Virus record (IMG/VR): IMGVR_UViG_2667527788_000005
From: an uncultured virus (IMG/VR IMGVR_UViG_2667527788_000005)
Lineage: Duplodnaviria > Heunggongvirae > Uroviricota > Caudoviricetes
Reading direction: 5' to 3' (one strand)
DNA: 64,000 nucleotides
In this document: in pieces, positions 35,235 to 45,417 of the stretch
How the letters are laid out: each line of letters opens with the position of its first letter
Numbering within the stretch: position 1 is the stretch's first letter
Translations under genes and position numbers: made by a program
The notes under the pieces: generated by a model
What the model was told of the DNA's origin: nothing
The model's input: the letters and a program-made list of their open reading frames with translations, nothing else
Database searches by the model: none

Positions 35235-35674
35235 CCACCGCAGAGAAGGTCCACCAGGACGCCGTCGCTGGGCCGAAGGTCACCGTGGTCACAGTTAGCG
35301 GCGACCGCCAGCACGGCAAGACCCATATCCTGCTCGACCTCGTCGCCGGTGAGATTCGGCGCGGCCGTTTCGTGCTGTACGAGACGTCGGACTGGCCCGT
35401 GGCACAGGAACACCACCGCAACCTGGTCGACATCCATCTCATGCCGGGCATCGACGTGCTGGAGCGGGTCCGCCGCAGTGCTAACGACCTGTCCGTCCGA
35501 CACCGCTCCGGCGGCCGGGTCCAGTTCCTGTCCATCGGACGGACCCGTAGCGGCGCGCACTACCGGGCCGACACGTACGTCTTCGACGACGTCCCGGTAC
35601 CGCGGGAGCTGCTGTACGGCCCGCCCGCCCGCATCTACCACGCGCCGCGCGCCGATGATCGGCTGTTCTGGTGA
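35231..35674 (+). CDS. Small P-loop protein resembling a terminase ATPase fragment
   Basis: GDRQHGKT Walker A; YVFDD Walker B. Confidence 0.55.
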   Translation: MTTAEKVHQDAVAGPKVTVVTVSGDRQHGKTHILLDLVAGEIRRGRFVLYETSDWPVAQEHHRNLVDIHLMPGIDVLERVRRSANDLSVRHRSGGRVQFLSIGRTRSGAHYRADTYVFDDVPVPRELLYGPPARIYHAPRADDRLFW

Positions 35675-36102
35675 GCAACCAGCGCACGATCCGCGCCGTT
35701 ATCCCGGTCCTGCCCGACATGGACATGGACCAGGTGCTCTGGCACACCCGCGAGTCGATTGAGACCACCGCGGCGGCCGACGGCCTCACCGTCGTCGCTG
35801 TCACATCGGCCGTAATCCCTGTCGACGCCCTACCGAAGGACCCGAACACCGGTGTACCGCTCGCAGCCGCCAACCTTGAACGGCCACTCGCCGAGTACAC
35901 GTTCTGCGAGTTCGTAGCGACCGTAGAGCGACCCGAGGCCGACACCAGTAACCCCCCATGCGGCTACTGCGGACACCCCTCCCACGCCGACGGCAAGTGC
36001 GAGCACCCGGCACCCGACTGGCTCGGCGGCCCAGACGCCCTGTGCACTGGCTGCCCCGGTGACGCCGACATCCGCGGCCACAAGCCCGTGGGTCTCCACT
36101 GA
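35671..36102 (+). CDS. Hypothetical protein
   Basis: GTGA coupling; CGYCGH. Confidence 0.6.
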   Translation: MSNQRTIRAVIPVLPDMDMDQVLWHTRESIETTAAADGLTVVAVTSAVIPVDALPKDPNTGVPLAAANLERPLAEYTFCEFVATVERPEADTSNPPCGYCGHPSHADGKCEHPAPDWLGGPDALCTGCPGDADIRGHKPVGLH

Positions 36103-36356
36103 TGACCGGCCAGCGTGTAGGCGTCGTCATCGACGGCGTCGTGTACATCGACCACGTGAGCGGCAAGAAGTATTCAGGGGTCCATGCCTTCGGCGGACTT
36201 ACACCTGACTTAGAACCACCCGCCTGCCCGGCACCCGGCCAGGACCCAGTCGCCCGCGCCCACAGGCGCATCACCGAGCTGTACGACACCGTGCGGTACC
36301 TGACCGCACCCCGCTGGAAGCGGCCACTGCTCCGCATACTCCGGTGGTTCCGCTAA
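36102..36356 (+). CDS. Hypothetical protein
   Basis: TGATG coupling. Confidence 0.58.
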   Translation: MTGQRVGVVIDGVVYIDHVSGKKYSGVHAFGGLTPDLEPPACPAPGQDPVARAHRRITELYDTVRYLTAPRWKRPLLRILRWFR

Positions 36357-36580
36357 TGGCCGACAACGTCACCCGCCTCGACGACCACCGCACACCGCTG
36401 ACCACCAACCACCGCTGCATCAAATGCGGTAGCGAGTGGTTCCGGCTGGACGGAACCCTCGCCGGACCCGATGCGCCCGCCCACGGCGCCGTGGTCCTGG
36501 CCGCCGACGACCGCATCCGCATAACCGGCTACTGCGGCACACCCCGCTGCCTGGAGTGCGGCCACCTGGTGGCGGTCTAG
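36356..36580 (+). CDS. Small Zn-ribbon protein
   Basis: CIKCGSEWF...CLECG. Confidence 0.62.
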   Translation: MADNVTRLDDHRTPLTTNHRCIKCGSEWFRLDGTLAGPDAPAHGAVVLAADDRIRITGYCGTPRCLECGHLVAV

Positions 36581-37332
36581 TGCTGTACGTGGTGACCGGC
36601 CCACCCGCAGCAGGCAAGTCCACCTGGGTACAGGCCAACGCCCAGCCCGGCGACATCACCATCGACTACGACGCCATCGCCAACGTCCTCACCCCGCCCG
36701 ACGGTGACCCCCACAGCTACCCCGAGCATGTGAAGGCCGTAACGAAGGCAGCCCGGCAGGCAGCCATAGACACCGCGGTCCTACTGATCGCCACCACCGA
36801 CGTGTACGTCATCCACTCCACCCCCAGCGAGGCCCTGCTCACCAAGTACCGAGCACTGGGCGCTGAGGTCGTAACCATCAACCCCGGCAAGGACGTGGTG
36901 CTCGCCCGCGCCCAGCAGCAGCGGCCCCACAACATCCAGCAGGCAGCCCGCCACTGGTACGAGACCCACGACGAAGCGCCCACCACACCCGTGGACCCCG
37001 CCAACGTCCAGGGCCTGGACGCAGATGGACGCCCACGTTCCCGCGCCTACCGCAAGCTCGTCGCCGACTTCCGCACCGCCTGCGCCCACCACACCAACGA
37101 CGACGGCACCACCGGCGCACCCTGCTGGATCTGCCACCGACCCATCGACTACACCATCACCGACCCGTACCACCCCGACGTCTTCAACGCCGACCACGCC
37201 GCACCAGTCAAGGAACGCCCCGAGCTGGCCATGGACATCAACAACCTCCGGCCCTCCCACCGCGACTGCAACCTCAAACGCGGCACCGACGACGCCCACA
37301 TCGACATCGGTTTGCCCTCAGAGCAGTGGTGA
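36580..37332 (+). CDS. P-loop kinase (AAA_33-like) fused to HNH endonuclease
   Basis: GPPAAGKST, IDYD; CWIC...DH...NLRPSHRDCN. Confidence 0.82.
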   Translation: MLYVVTGPPAAGKSTWVQANAQPGDITIDYDAIANVLTPPDGDPHSYPEHVKAVTKAARQAAIDTAVLLIATTDVYVIHSTPSEALLTKYRALGAEVVTINPGKDVVLARAQQQRPHNIQQAARHWYETHDEAPTTPVDPANVQGLDADGRPRSRAYRKLVADFRTACAHHTNDDGTTGAPCWICHRPIDYTITDPYHPDVFNADHAAPVKERPELAMDINNLRPSHRDCNLKRGTDDAHIDIGLPSEQW

Positions 37333-37512
37333 CGCTGAAACGCCCTGTGCGCCCCTGCGCCACAGAGGACCGATGACACCCGACACCCCACAAACGGCCG
37401 TCTCAGGGCCAACCAGAGGGGTAAGGGGGCTCCGAAACTTCAAACGCCCAGGCGAGGCCCATGCCGCCCGGCTTGTGTCCTCCCCCCCCCGACGAAAGTT
37501 GACGGAATCCAC

Positions 37513-39024
37513 ATGACCACGACCCCCGAGGACCTGGTCGTCCGAGTGTTTGCTGTAACCGACCTGAGGACTTTCGCCGGCAACCCTCGGCGCGGACAGG
37601 TCGATGCCATCGTCCAGTCGCTCTCCCGTCATGGCCAGTACCGGCCGATTGTCGTCAACGCGGGCACTAAGACAGGTCGCCCGATGGAGGTGCTGGCGGG
37701 CAACCACACCCTCCTGGCGGCCCGCAAGCTGGGCTGGGACACCATCAGTGCCACGTTGCTGGACGTGTCCGAGCAGCAGGCCAAGGCCATCGTCGCGGCC
37801 GACAACCGTTTGTCCGACCTGGGTGACTACGACACCGCGGAACTGCTGGCGCTCCTGGAGGGCTTGGACGAGCTGGACGGCACCGGTTACACGGCGGCCG
37901 ACCTGGAGGAGCTGGCGTCCGAGCTGACCGTGCCGGACGGAGACGGTGCGGTGTCCGATGCCAAGAGCACGCTGGCCTCCCGGTTCGGGGTTCCACCGTT
38001 CACGGTGCTCGATGCCAAGCAGGGCGCCTGGAAGCAACGGGTTAAGGCGTGGAAGGCGCTCGGAATCGCCTCGGCGTCCGGCCGCTCGGTCGATACAGAA
38101 GGTGGGTCGGATGCCCGTGCCGCAACGGGCATCATGGCGTTCAAGGCGCCTCAGTCGATCTACGCCAACTGGTACGAGATCAAGAACGCCGCTGAGAAGA
38201 AGATCGGCCGGACGTTGACCACCGCCGAGATCATGGAGCGCTACGGCGACGAGCTGAAGTTCTACGCCGAGGGCGGCGCCATCTCAGTATTCGACCCGGT
38301 GCTCGCCGAGCTGCTGGTGTCGTGGTTCTCACCGGTGGAGGCCGACGTCATCGACCCATGGTCCGGCGGCTCGGTCCGGGGTGTCGTATCGGCCGCCCTC
38401 GGCCGCAGGTACACCGGCATCGACCTGTCCGGTGACCAGCTGGCGGTGAACGGGGAACAGTGGGCGGTGGTGGAGCCGCGACTCCCGCAGATGGCCACGA
38501 CCGTCACGGCACCGCAGTGGATTCAGGGCGACTCTCGCGACGTTCTCAAGACCCTGGATGACGAGTCGTTCGACATGATGATCGGCTGCCCGCCCTACTA
38601 CGACCTGGAGCAGTACTCCAAGGACCCGGCCGACCTGTCGGCCATGTCCACGGACGAGTTCGACGCCGCCTTCATCGAGACCATCGCCGAGGTGGCCCGG
38701 GTGCTGCGGCCCGACTCGTTCGCGGCACTCGTGGTCGGGTCAGCCCGCGACAAGCGCGGGGACCTACGCGATATGCGATCCCTGGTTTCCCGCGCGGCCG
38801 ACGCCACCGGAATGAAGCTCGCCAACGACGCCGTACTCCTGACCGCCATCGGGTCCAACGCCGCCCGCGCGGCACGCCCCTTCTCCAAAGGTCGCGCACT
38901 GGGCCGGGTGCACCAGGACATCTTGGTGTTGGTGAAGGGCGACCGGATACGGGCTGCACGCCGTTGCGGGGAGGAAGTCACCTTGATCGCGGAACCCGAG
39001 CTGGACGAGGACGGTGAGGATTGA
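37513..39024 (+). CDS. ParB-like domain + amino-DNA methyltransferase
   Basis: NPRRG..GQYRPIVV..LAGNHT..ADNR; DPWSGG, GIDLS, CPPYY. Confidence 0.85.
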   Translation: MTTTPEDLVVRVFAVTDLRTFAGNPRRGQVDAIVQSLSRHGQYRPIVVNAGTKTGRPMEVLAGNHTLLAARKLGWDTISATLLDVSEQQAKAIVAADNRLSDLGDYDTAELLALLEGLDELDGTGYTAADLEELASELTVPDGDGAVSDAKSTLASRFGVPPFTVLDAKQGAWKQRVKAWKALGIASASGRSVDTEGGSDARAATGIMAFKAPQSIYANWYEIKNAAEKKIGRTLTTAEIMERYGDELKFYAEGGAISVFDPVLAELLVSWFSPVEADVIDPWSGGSVRGVVSAALGRRYTGIDLSGDQLAVNGEQWAVVEPRLPQMATTVTAPQWIQGDSRDVLKTLDDESFDMMIGCPPYYDLEQYSKDPADLSAMSTDEFDAAFIETIAEVARVLRPDSFAALVVGSARDKRGDLRDMRSLVSRAADATGMKLANDAVLLTAIGSNAARAARPFSKGRALGRVHQDILVLVKGDRIRAARRCGEEVTLIAEPELDEDGED

Positions 39025-39473
39025 TGCGCGCTGCCGAGCGCCTGGAGCGGGATATGAAGGCGGTGCGGCTGTTCATCGCCGGGAAGTCATTCCGCGCCAT
39101 CCAGGAGGCGTGCGGCTACAACACCCTGGCCGCCTGCCACAAGGCGGTACGCCGTGAGATGGCGAAGTCAGAGCGGCGCGACCTGCTCCGCGACAAGGCT
39201 TTCGACGTCTACCTGGAGCGGCTGGAGGCACTGTGGGCCGCCCACTACCCGCGGGCGGTCGCCGGAGACACCCGATCTGCTGAACACTGCCGCCGCGTCG
39301 CTCAACAGGAGGCCCGGCTATTCGGGCTTGAGCCAGCGGCCGGGAGCCGGGTTGGCGGAGACCCGCCGGACCCCGACGGCACCGAAGACGACGAGAGCAC
39401 CGAGGGCAGTGGCGACGCCACCGGTGACAACGTGAGTGACCTCGACGAGTGGCGTTCTCGACAGAACGCTTAG
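39024..39473 (+). CDS. Terminase small subunit
   Basis: HTH N-terminus, ARLFGL, directly upstream of TerL. Confidence 0.65.
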   Translation: MRAAERLERDMKAVRLFIAGKSFRAIQEACGYNTLAACHKAVRREMAKSERRDLLRDKAFDVYLERLEALWAAHYPRAVAGDTRSAEHCRRVAQQEARLFGLEPAAGSRVGGDPPDPDGTEDDESTEGSGDATGDNVSDLDEWRSRQNA

Positions 39474-41046
39474 GGGACACACGGTCCCCAGGCTGTTCAC
39501 GCCACCCCTAGCTGATCACTGCGACCCCGACCTACCCGAGACCTGCGAATGCGGGTGTGGCCTAAACCCCGCTACCTCGTGGGGCTTTGGCTGCATCGAC
39601 TTTCTCGAAAACGTCGTCAACTGGGAACTTCTGCCGTACCAGAAGTGGCTCTACATCCACGCCCTGGAGAAGGGCGCCAACGGAACCGGATTCAGGTTCC
39701 GCACCGTCTGCATTTTGATCGCCCGCCAGAACGGCAAAACCCAGTGGCTGCGCGGCCTCGGCCTCTGGCGCCTGTACCTCAACAAGACCGGCCGCCCGAT
39801 GGTCGGGAAGCCACCGGCGGCGAAAACGGTCCTGATCGCCGCGCAGGGCCTGGAGTACGCCGAGGCGACGCTGGGCGAAGTCGTCATCAACGTCGACGAA
39901 TGCCCAGCCCTCAAGCGGGAATTCGTCAAGCACGTACAGACGAACGGCAAGCACCGCATGCTGCTGACTGGCCGCCGGTCATGGCGCGCGGTCGCCGCAA
40001 ACCGCAAGGGCGGCCGTTCCTTCTCCGTCGATCTGGCGCAGCTGGACGAGCTGCGCGAGCACCACGACTGGCTGGCCTGGGATGCCATCGTCCCGACCAC
40101 TACTGCCCGGCCGAACAGCCAAGTTGTCTGCGCATCCAACGCCGGGGACAAGCGCTCCATGGTGCTTCGTTCTGTCCGGCAGGGCTGCCTAGAAGACATC
40201 TACCGGCGGGACACCGACGGCACCAGCACCGGCCTATTCGAGTGGTCGGCACCGGACGACGCCGAGCCGAGCAACCGGTCGGTGTGGCCCATGGCCAACC
40301 CCGCCCTCGGCTGGCTGCCGGGCCACGACGAGGAATCACTGGCCGCCAAATACGAGGCGAAGCGCGGCGACATCGCCGGATTCAAGACCGAGCACCTATG
40401 CCAATGGGTCGACACCTTGTTGCCCGGAATCATCGAGCCCGAGCACTGGGCGGAAACGATGGACCCGGACTCACGCAGGGCTGAGGGGGCGCCTGTGTGG
40501 GCTGCCGTAGACGTCAACTTCCAACGCTCCCGCGCATATATCGCCATCGCGGCGCGCCGCGCGGACGGCCTTCTACACGTCGAAGTCGTGAAGGCCGGAC
40601 GCGGAACCGACTGGATCATCCCGTGGTTCACCGACTCCACACGCGCCGGAAAGTTCGTCGCAGTGGCTGTACAGGTCCGCGGTGCGCCAGCCTCCGGGCT
40701 GATCGAGGGCATGGAAAAGGCCCAAATCCCGGTACTGGAGTGGGGCGGCCCGGACCTCGCGAAGGCGTGCGGCGACTTCTACGACGGCCTCGTGCAACGC
40801 GGCATCAAGCACCGGCCCCAGGCAGCACTAGACACCGCCGCCGCATCCGCCGCAGCGAAATCACTAGGCGACGCATGGGTATTCGACCGCAAGGGAAGCC
40901 CGGTCGACGCCTCTCCGCTGGTTGCCTGCGCCGCGGCGGCGTGGGCCGAATCCAAGGGGATACCGGAGCCAGAACCGGTACCCGTAATCCATGAATGGCC
41001 CGACGACGAGGAGATCGCGCGATGGGAACGAGGGGAGTTTGAGTGA
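39436..41046 (+). CDS. terL: Terminase large subunit
   Basis: LLPYQ, ARQNGKT, LDELRE, SNAG, ANPALG, AVDV, PVDA. Confidence 0.92.
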   Translation: MTSTSGVLDRTLRGHTVPRLFTPPLADHCDPDLPETCECGCGLNPATSWGFGCIDFLENVVNWELLPYQKWLYIHALEKGANGTGFRFRTVCILIARQNGKTQWLRGLGLWRLYLNKTGRPMVGKPPAAKTVLIAAQGLEYAEATLGEVVINVDECPALKREFVKHVQTNGKHRMLLTGRRSWRAVAANRKGGRSFSVDLAQLDELREHHDWLAWDAIVPTTTARPNSQVVCASNAGDKRSMVLRSVRQGCLEDIYRRDTDGTSTGLFEWSAPDDAEPSNRSVWPMANPALGWLPGHDEESLAAKYEAKRGDIAGFKTEHLCQWVDTLLPGIIEPEHWAETMDPDSRRAEGAPVWAAVDVNFQRSRAYIAIAARRADGLLHVEVVKAGRGTDWIIPWFTDSTRAGKFVAVAVQVRGAPASGLIEGMEKAQIPVLEWGGPDLAKACGDFYDGLVQRGIKHRPQAALDTAAASAAAKSLGDAWVFDRKGSPVDASPLVACAAAAWAESKGIPEPEPVPVIHEWPDDEEIARWERGEFE

Positions 41047-41216
41047 TCAGGTTTGCCGTAGCAACGCTCGTTGAGCTGCTAGGAATCTTCGCGATTGTCG
41101 CTGGCGTGTGGGTAATTTACCCCCCAGCAGGGTTAATTGTCACCGGAATAGGTTGTGTAGCAATAGGTTTAGCGATAGACCCGCCTCCTAGTCGTGAGCG
41201 GCGGACTGAGCAGTGA
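41043..41216 (+). CDS. Small two-TM protein
   Basis: GTGA coupling at both ends; AGVWVIYPPAGLIVTG. Confidence 0.7.
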   Translation: MIRFAVATLVELLGIFAIVAGVWVIYPPAGLIVTGIGCVAIGLAIDPPPSRERRTEQ

Positions 41217-42520
41217 GCTTCCTGTCCCGCATCTTCACCGGCGCACCCGCGGTGGAGGAGCGGGCCATCACCAGCTCGTCGTTTGTGCCCACCCCGGCCG
41301 AGGACGCCGCTATGAACGGCATGTACGGGTACGGGTCCATGACGCCGACGGGCACCCGCGAGATGCAGGTCGCCGCCTTCTCCGCCTGCGTAACGCTTCT
41401 CGCCGACACCATCGCCGCGCTGCCGCTTGTCGCGTACCGGCGTCAGGGCAAGACCAAGGTGGCCCTCGATCCCCAGCCCGTCATCGTCCAACAGCCTTAC
41501 GTAGAAAACACGATCTTCGACTGGGTCTGGATGCTGGTTGAAGCGCTGGCTGTAACTGGAAACGGATACGGCTACATAACATCCCGCGGCCCCGACGATC
41601 GGCCACGCGGCATCATGCCCGTCCATCCCGACTGCATCACAGTGGAGATGCCCGACAAGGACCGGTGGCCCAACCCCAACTATTACGTTGAGGGCAGCAA
41701 GGTCGACCGCTCCGACATCCTCCATATCAAGCGATACCCCATCGCCGGAGCGGCACTCGGACTGTCCCCCGTGCAACGCGCAGCAGCAGCCGTCGGCATC
41801 GCCCTTGCCGCAGAACGATACGGACTCAACTACTTCCGCGACTCAGCCAACCCCAGCTCCGTCCTTGAAACAGACCTCGTCCTAGACGCCACCGCAACCA
41901 AGAATCTGCAACAGCAATGGATCGCCAGCCATGGCGGCCGTCGCCGCCCCGCGATCCTTTCCGGCGGGGTGAAGTGGCGTCCAATCGCCATATCGCCCAA
42001 CGAGTCCCAGTTCCTGGAGACCCGTAAGTACCAGCGCGGCGAGATCGCCATGCTGTTCCGTATCCCGCCCCACATGATCGGCGACACCGAGAAGACGACC
42101 TCATGGGGTACCGGCATCGAGCAGCAGTCCACCGGCTTCGTCCGGTACACCCTGCGCCCCTGGCTCACCTGCATTGAGCAGCAACTGTCCGCACTGCTTC
42201 CGCGCGGCGTTTTCGTGAAGTTCGACGTCAACGACCTGCTCCGCGGTGACATCAAGTCCCTATGGACGTCCTACAAGGCCGGTCGCGACGCCGGTGTCTA
42301 CAGCGTCAACGACATCCGCGAACGCGAGGACATGGAACCGGTTGAGGGCGGCGATATCCGGCTGCAACCCACCAACATGGCGCCCCTGGGCTGGACGCCC
42401 CCGGACCCACCCGGGACGGCCGAGGCAGAGCCAGAACCTGAGGACGACGAGACCCCCGAAGAAGAACCGGCCGACGAACCTGACGAGGACGAAGAAGGCA
42501 CGGGACAGGAGGACCAATGA
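41213..42520 (+). CDS. HK97-family portal protein
   Basis: GNGY, GLSPV, QFLETR...EIAMLFRIPPHMIG, NDIRERE. Confidence 0.95.
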   Translation: MSFLSRIFTGAPAVEERAITSSSFVPTPAEDAAMNGMYGYGSMTPTGTREMQVAAFSACVTLLADTIAALPLVAYRRQGKTKVALDPQPVIVQQPYVENTIFDWVWMLVEALAVTGNGYGYITSRGPDDRPRGIMPVHPDCITVEMPDKDRWPNPNYYVEGSKVDRSDILHIKRYPIAGAALGLSPVQRAAAAVGIALAAERYGLNYFRDSANPSSVLETDLVLDATATKNLQQQWIASHGGRRRPAILSGGVKWRPIAISPNESQFLETRKYQRGEIAMLFRIPPHMIGDTEKTTSWGTGIEQQSTGFVRYTLRPWLTCIEQQLSALLPRGVFVKFDVNDLLRGDIKSLWTSYKAGRDAGVYSVNDIREREDMEPVEGGDIRLQPTNMAPLGWTPPDPPGTAEAEPEPEDDETPEEEPADEPDEDEEGTGQEDQ

Positions 42521-43401
42521 CCACCAACACCATTCGCGCCGACCGCGACAACCGCAAGGACGTCTGGGAGCACCGCCGGACATCCTCGTTCGAAGTCCGC
42601 GAGGACAGCGACACCATCACCCTCACCGGGTACGCGTCGACGTTCGAGCCATACGAGATGTACGGCGGTCCCGACGCTGGCGGCTGGATCGAGCAGCTGG
42701 ACAAGGCTGCGTTCACCAACACCCTCCGTGAGAAGCCGGACCTACACCTGCTGATCAACCACGAGGGCATGCCGCTTGCGCGCACCAAGTCCGACACCCT
42801 CCAGCTGGGTGTCGACCGGCACGGGCTCAAGGTCACAGCCCAGCTCGACCGGTCCGACCCCGACGTACAACGGCTGGAGCCGAAGATGCGCCGCAAGGAC
42901 ATGGACGAGATGTCCTTTGCGTTCCGCGTGAAGGGTCAGAAGTGGGAGTGCACCGAGGAATTCCCGGAGGACAACTACGCCCTCCGCACCATCACTGAGG
43001 TCTCGCTGCACAAGGGAGATGTGTCCGTGGTCAACTTCGGCGCCAACCCCACCACCAGCGCCGAACTCAAGTCAGTCGACCAGGCCCTCGCGTTCCTAGC
43101 TGACTGCGACCCCGGAGCGCTCGCTGAAATCCGTTCCGACGGTGACCTTCTCCGCCGAGCACGCGCCGTCCTGAACTCCCTCGGCAGCATCGACAAGGTT
43201 GCCGCGCTACAGGCGGCCCAGGGCAATGCCCGCGCCGCCGCAGACGCTGCGTCTGCCGCAGCCCAGGTTCTGCAATCTCGATCCGAGAACGATGCCCCCA
43301 AGGGTATGTCGCTACGAGAAGCCATGGCCCGTCAGGGCTTTGCGTCTGAGGACGGCTCCGTGCTGTCCCTCAACGACGCGCTCGCAGTCATCGACCGGTA
43401 A
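42517..43401 (+). CDS. HK97-family prohead protease
   Basis: GYASTF, LINH, MSFAF, DVSVV. Confidence 0.92.
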   Translation: MTTNTIRADRDNRKDVWEHRRTSSFEVREDSDTITLTGYASTFEPYEMYGGPDAGGWIEQLDKAAFTNTLREKPDLHLLINHEGMPLARTKSDTLQLGVDRHGLKVTAQLDRSDPDVQRLEPKMRRKDMDEMSFAFRVKGQKWECTEEFPEDNYALRTITEVSLHKGDVSVVNFGANPTTSAELKSVDQALAFLADCDPGALAEIRSDGDLLRRARAVLNSLGSIDKVAALQAAQGNARAAADAASAAAQVLQSRSENDAPKGMSLREAMARQGFASEDGSVLSLNDALAVIDR

Positions 43402-43451
43402 CACCCGGCGCCAGTAGGCGCCCCACAAATTCCATCCGACGCACCAACCAC

Positions 43452-43481
43452 AAGGCCCCCGCCACCCCGGGGGCCTTTTTC
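43452..43481 (+). terminator. Intrinsic terminator upstream of capsid gene
   Basis: AAGGCCCCCG...CGGGGGCCTTTTT. Confidence 0.72.
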
Positions 43482-43590
43482 GTGCGCCGGGTCGAACGGC
43501 CTGCCCCCGCTCGGGGCCGCCGGTGCCCCGCTCGGGCCGCCCACCAAATCAAAACGCCCACAAGGGCATACACGAAAGGAACGAACCTCA

Positions 43591-44985
43591 ATGACTGAGT
43601 CTGTTGAGGAAGCGCGCATCAAGCGGCTGTCTTCGCTGCGTGCCACGGCCGAGTCCGAGCTGGAGACCCTCGTGGCACAGCGGACGGCCATCACCGAAAT
43701 CGTCAAGGAAGAGGCCCGTGAGGACCTCACCCCCGAGGAAGACGTCGATTTCCGCGCGAAGTCGGCCGCGATCAAGGCCAAGCAGGGTGAGATCGCGGGC
43801 TACAACGAGCGCATCCAGGAGCTGTCCGACGAGATCGAGCGGTCCGGGAAGCTGAACGACGAGGCCGCCAAGGTCCGTCGCGCACAGGCCCGCGTCGAGT
43901 CGGTCAAGGAAGCAGCCGCCTACGCCAAGGGCAACGGCCGGTCCTACCTCCAGGACCTCATGCGGGTCCAGCGGAACATGGACCCGAACGGCCAGAGCCT
44001 GGAACGGCTCCAGCGTCACGCCCAGGACGTCGCCAGCGACTCCGAGTACCGCGACCTGGACCGTACCGACGGCAACGGTGGCTACTTCGTGCCCCCGGCC
44101 TGGCTGGTCAACCAGTACGTGCCCCTGGCGCGCGCTGGCCGCGCCTACGCCAACCTGGTCACCTCCCAGCCGCTGCCGTCTGGCACCGACAGCATCAACA
44201 TCCCCAAGGTCACCGCGGGGACCGCGACTGCTGTACAGACGGCCGATAACGCGGCCGTCGCCGAGCAGGACCTCGACGACAACTTCATCGAGGCCAAGGT
44301 GCGGACCGTCGCCGGTCAGCAGGACGTCGCAATCCAGCTCCTGGATCAGTCACCCGTCAACTTCGACGAGGTCGTCTTCCAAGATCTGATCGCAGACTTC
44401 GGCACCAAGCTGGACCTCCAGGTCCTTGCAGGTTCCGGGGCCAGCGGCCAGGTGCTGGGTGTCCACGGCACCCCGGGCATCGGCACCATCGCCATCACCG
44501 CGCTGACGGTGGCCTCGTTCTACGCGGCCATCGCCGACGCGATCCAGCGGGTACACACCAGCCGGTTCCTGCCCCCGACGCACATCGTGATGCACCCCCG
44601 CCGTTGGGGCTGGCTCACCGCGTCGCTGGACGGCGATCAGCGTCCGCTCGTGCTGCCTGCGGCCAACGCACCGCAGAACGCCCTCGCCACTCTGGACGCC
44701 GTCGCGTCCCAGCAGGTGGTCGGCCAGCTCCAGGGCCTGCCGGTGGTGACCGACCCCAACATCGGCACCGCGTACGGCACCGGCACCAACGAGGACGTTG
44801 TGTACGTGCAGCGCTCCGCGGACCTGCTGCTGTTCGAGTCGGGTATCCGTACCCGCACCCTGCCGGAGCCGGGCGCGAAGAACCTGACGGTGTGCCTCCA
44901 GGTGTACGGCTACCTGGCCTTCACCGCCGGGCGCTACCCGCAGTCCGTGGTCGAGATCGGCGGACTGACCCCGCCCGCTTTCTGA
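43591..44985 (+). CDS. HK97-fold major capsid protein
   Basis: Coiled-coil delta domain, GGYFVP, MHPRRW, LQGLPVV; RBS GAAAGGA. Confidence 0.93.
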   Translation: MTESVEEARIKRLSSLRATAESELETLVAQRTAITEIVKEEAREDLTPEEDVDFRAKSAAIKAKQGEIAGYNERIQELSDEIERSGKLNDEAAKVRRAQARVESVKEAAAYAKGNGRSYLQDLMRVQRNMDPNGQSLERLQRHAQDVASDSEYRDLDRTDGNGGYFVPPAWLVNQYVPLARAGRAYANLVTSQPLPSGTDSINIPKVTAGTATAVQTADNAAVAEQDLDDNFIEAKVRTVAGQQDVAIQLLDQSPVNFDEVVFQDLIADFGTKLDLQVLAGSGASGQVLGVHGTPGIGTIAITALTVASFYAAIADAIQRVHTSRFLPPTHIVMHPRRWGWLTASLDGDQRPLVLPAANAPQNALATLDAVASQQVVGQLQGLPVVTDPNIGTAYGTGTNEDVVYVQRSADLLLFESGIRTRTLPEPGAKNLTVCLQVYGYLAFTAGRYPQSVVEIGGLTPPAF

Positions 44986-45075
44986 CCCACCGCTAGGCCA
45001 CCCACCGTCCCGTACCCCGGGGCGGTGGGTGCGCCCAGCACCCCGGCACGACAACAACAGAGGAGCTGAAATCCC

Positions 45076-45417
45076 ATGGCAGTACAGAAGCGCGACGCCG
45101 TCGCGGACACCGTCGCGGCACTGGAGACCAAGCGCGAGCTGCTGGCGTCCCTCGGCGAAGACACCTCCGCCATCGACGCGAAGCTCGCCGAGTGGCGCGC
45201 AGACATTGACCCGGTCGAGCCCGCCCCGCCGGTCGAGAACAAGGTCGCCCCCGCGGCGCCGGAGAAGGCAACCCCGCCCGCATCCGACAACGCAGCCGCC
45301 AAGCCCGGTAAGGCCGCGCCCGCCAAGGCAACCGCCACCAAGACGGAACCTGCACCGGCACAGGTGAAGACCGAGGAGACCAAGGCCGCTGATGGCGGAC
45401 CTGGTAACGACAACTGA
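45076..45417 (+). CDS. Ala/Pro-rich hypothetical protein
   Basis: RBS GAGGAG; follows capsid. Confidence 0.7.
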   Translation: MAVQKRDAVADTVAALETKRELLASLGEDTSAIDAKLAEWRADIDPVEPAPPVENKVAPAAPEKATPPASDNAAAKPGKAAPAKATATKTEPAPAQVKTEETKAADGGPGNDN

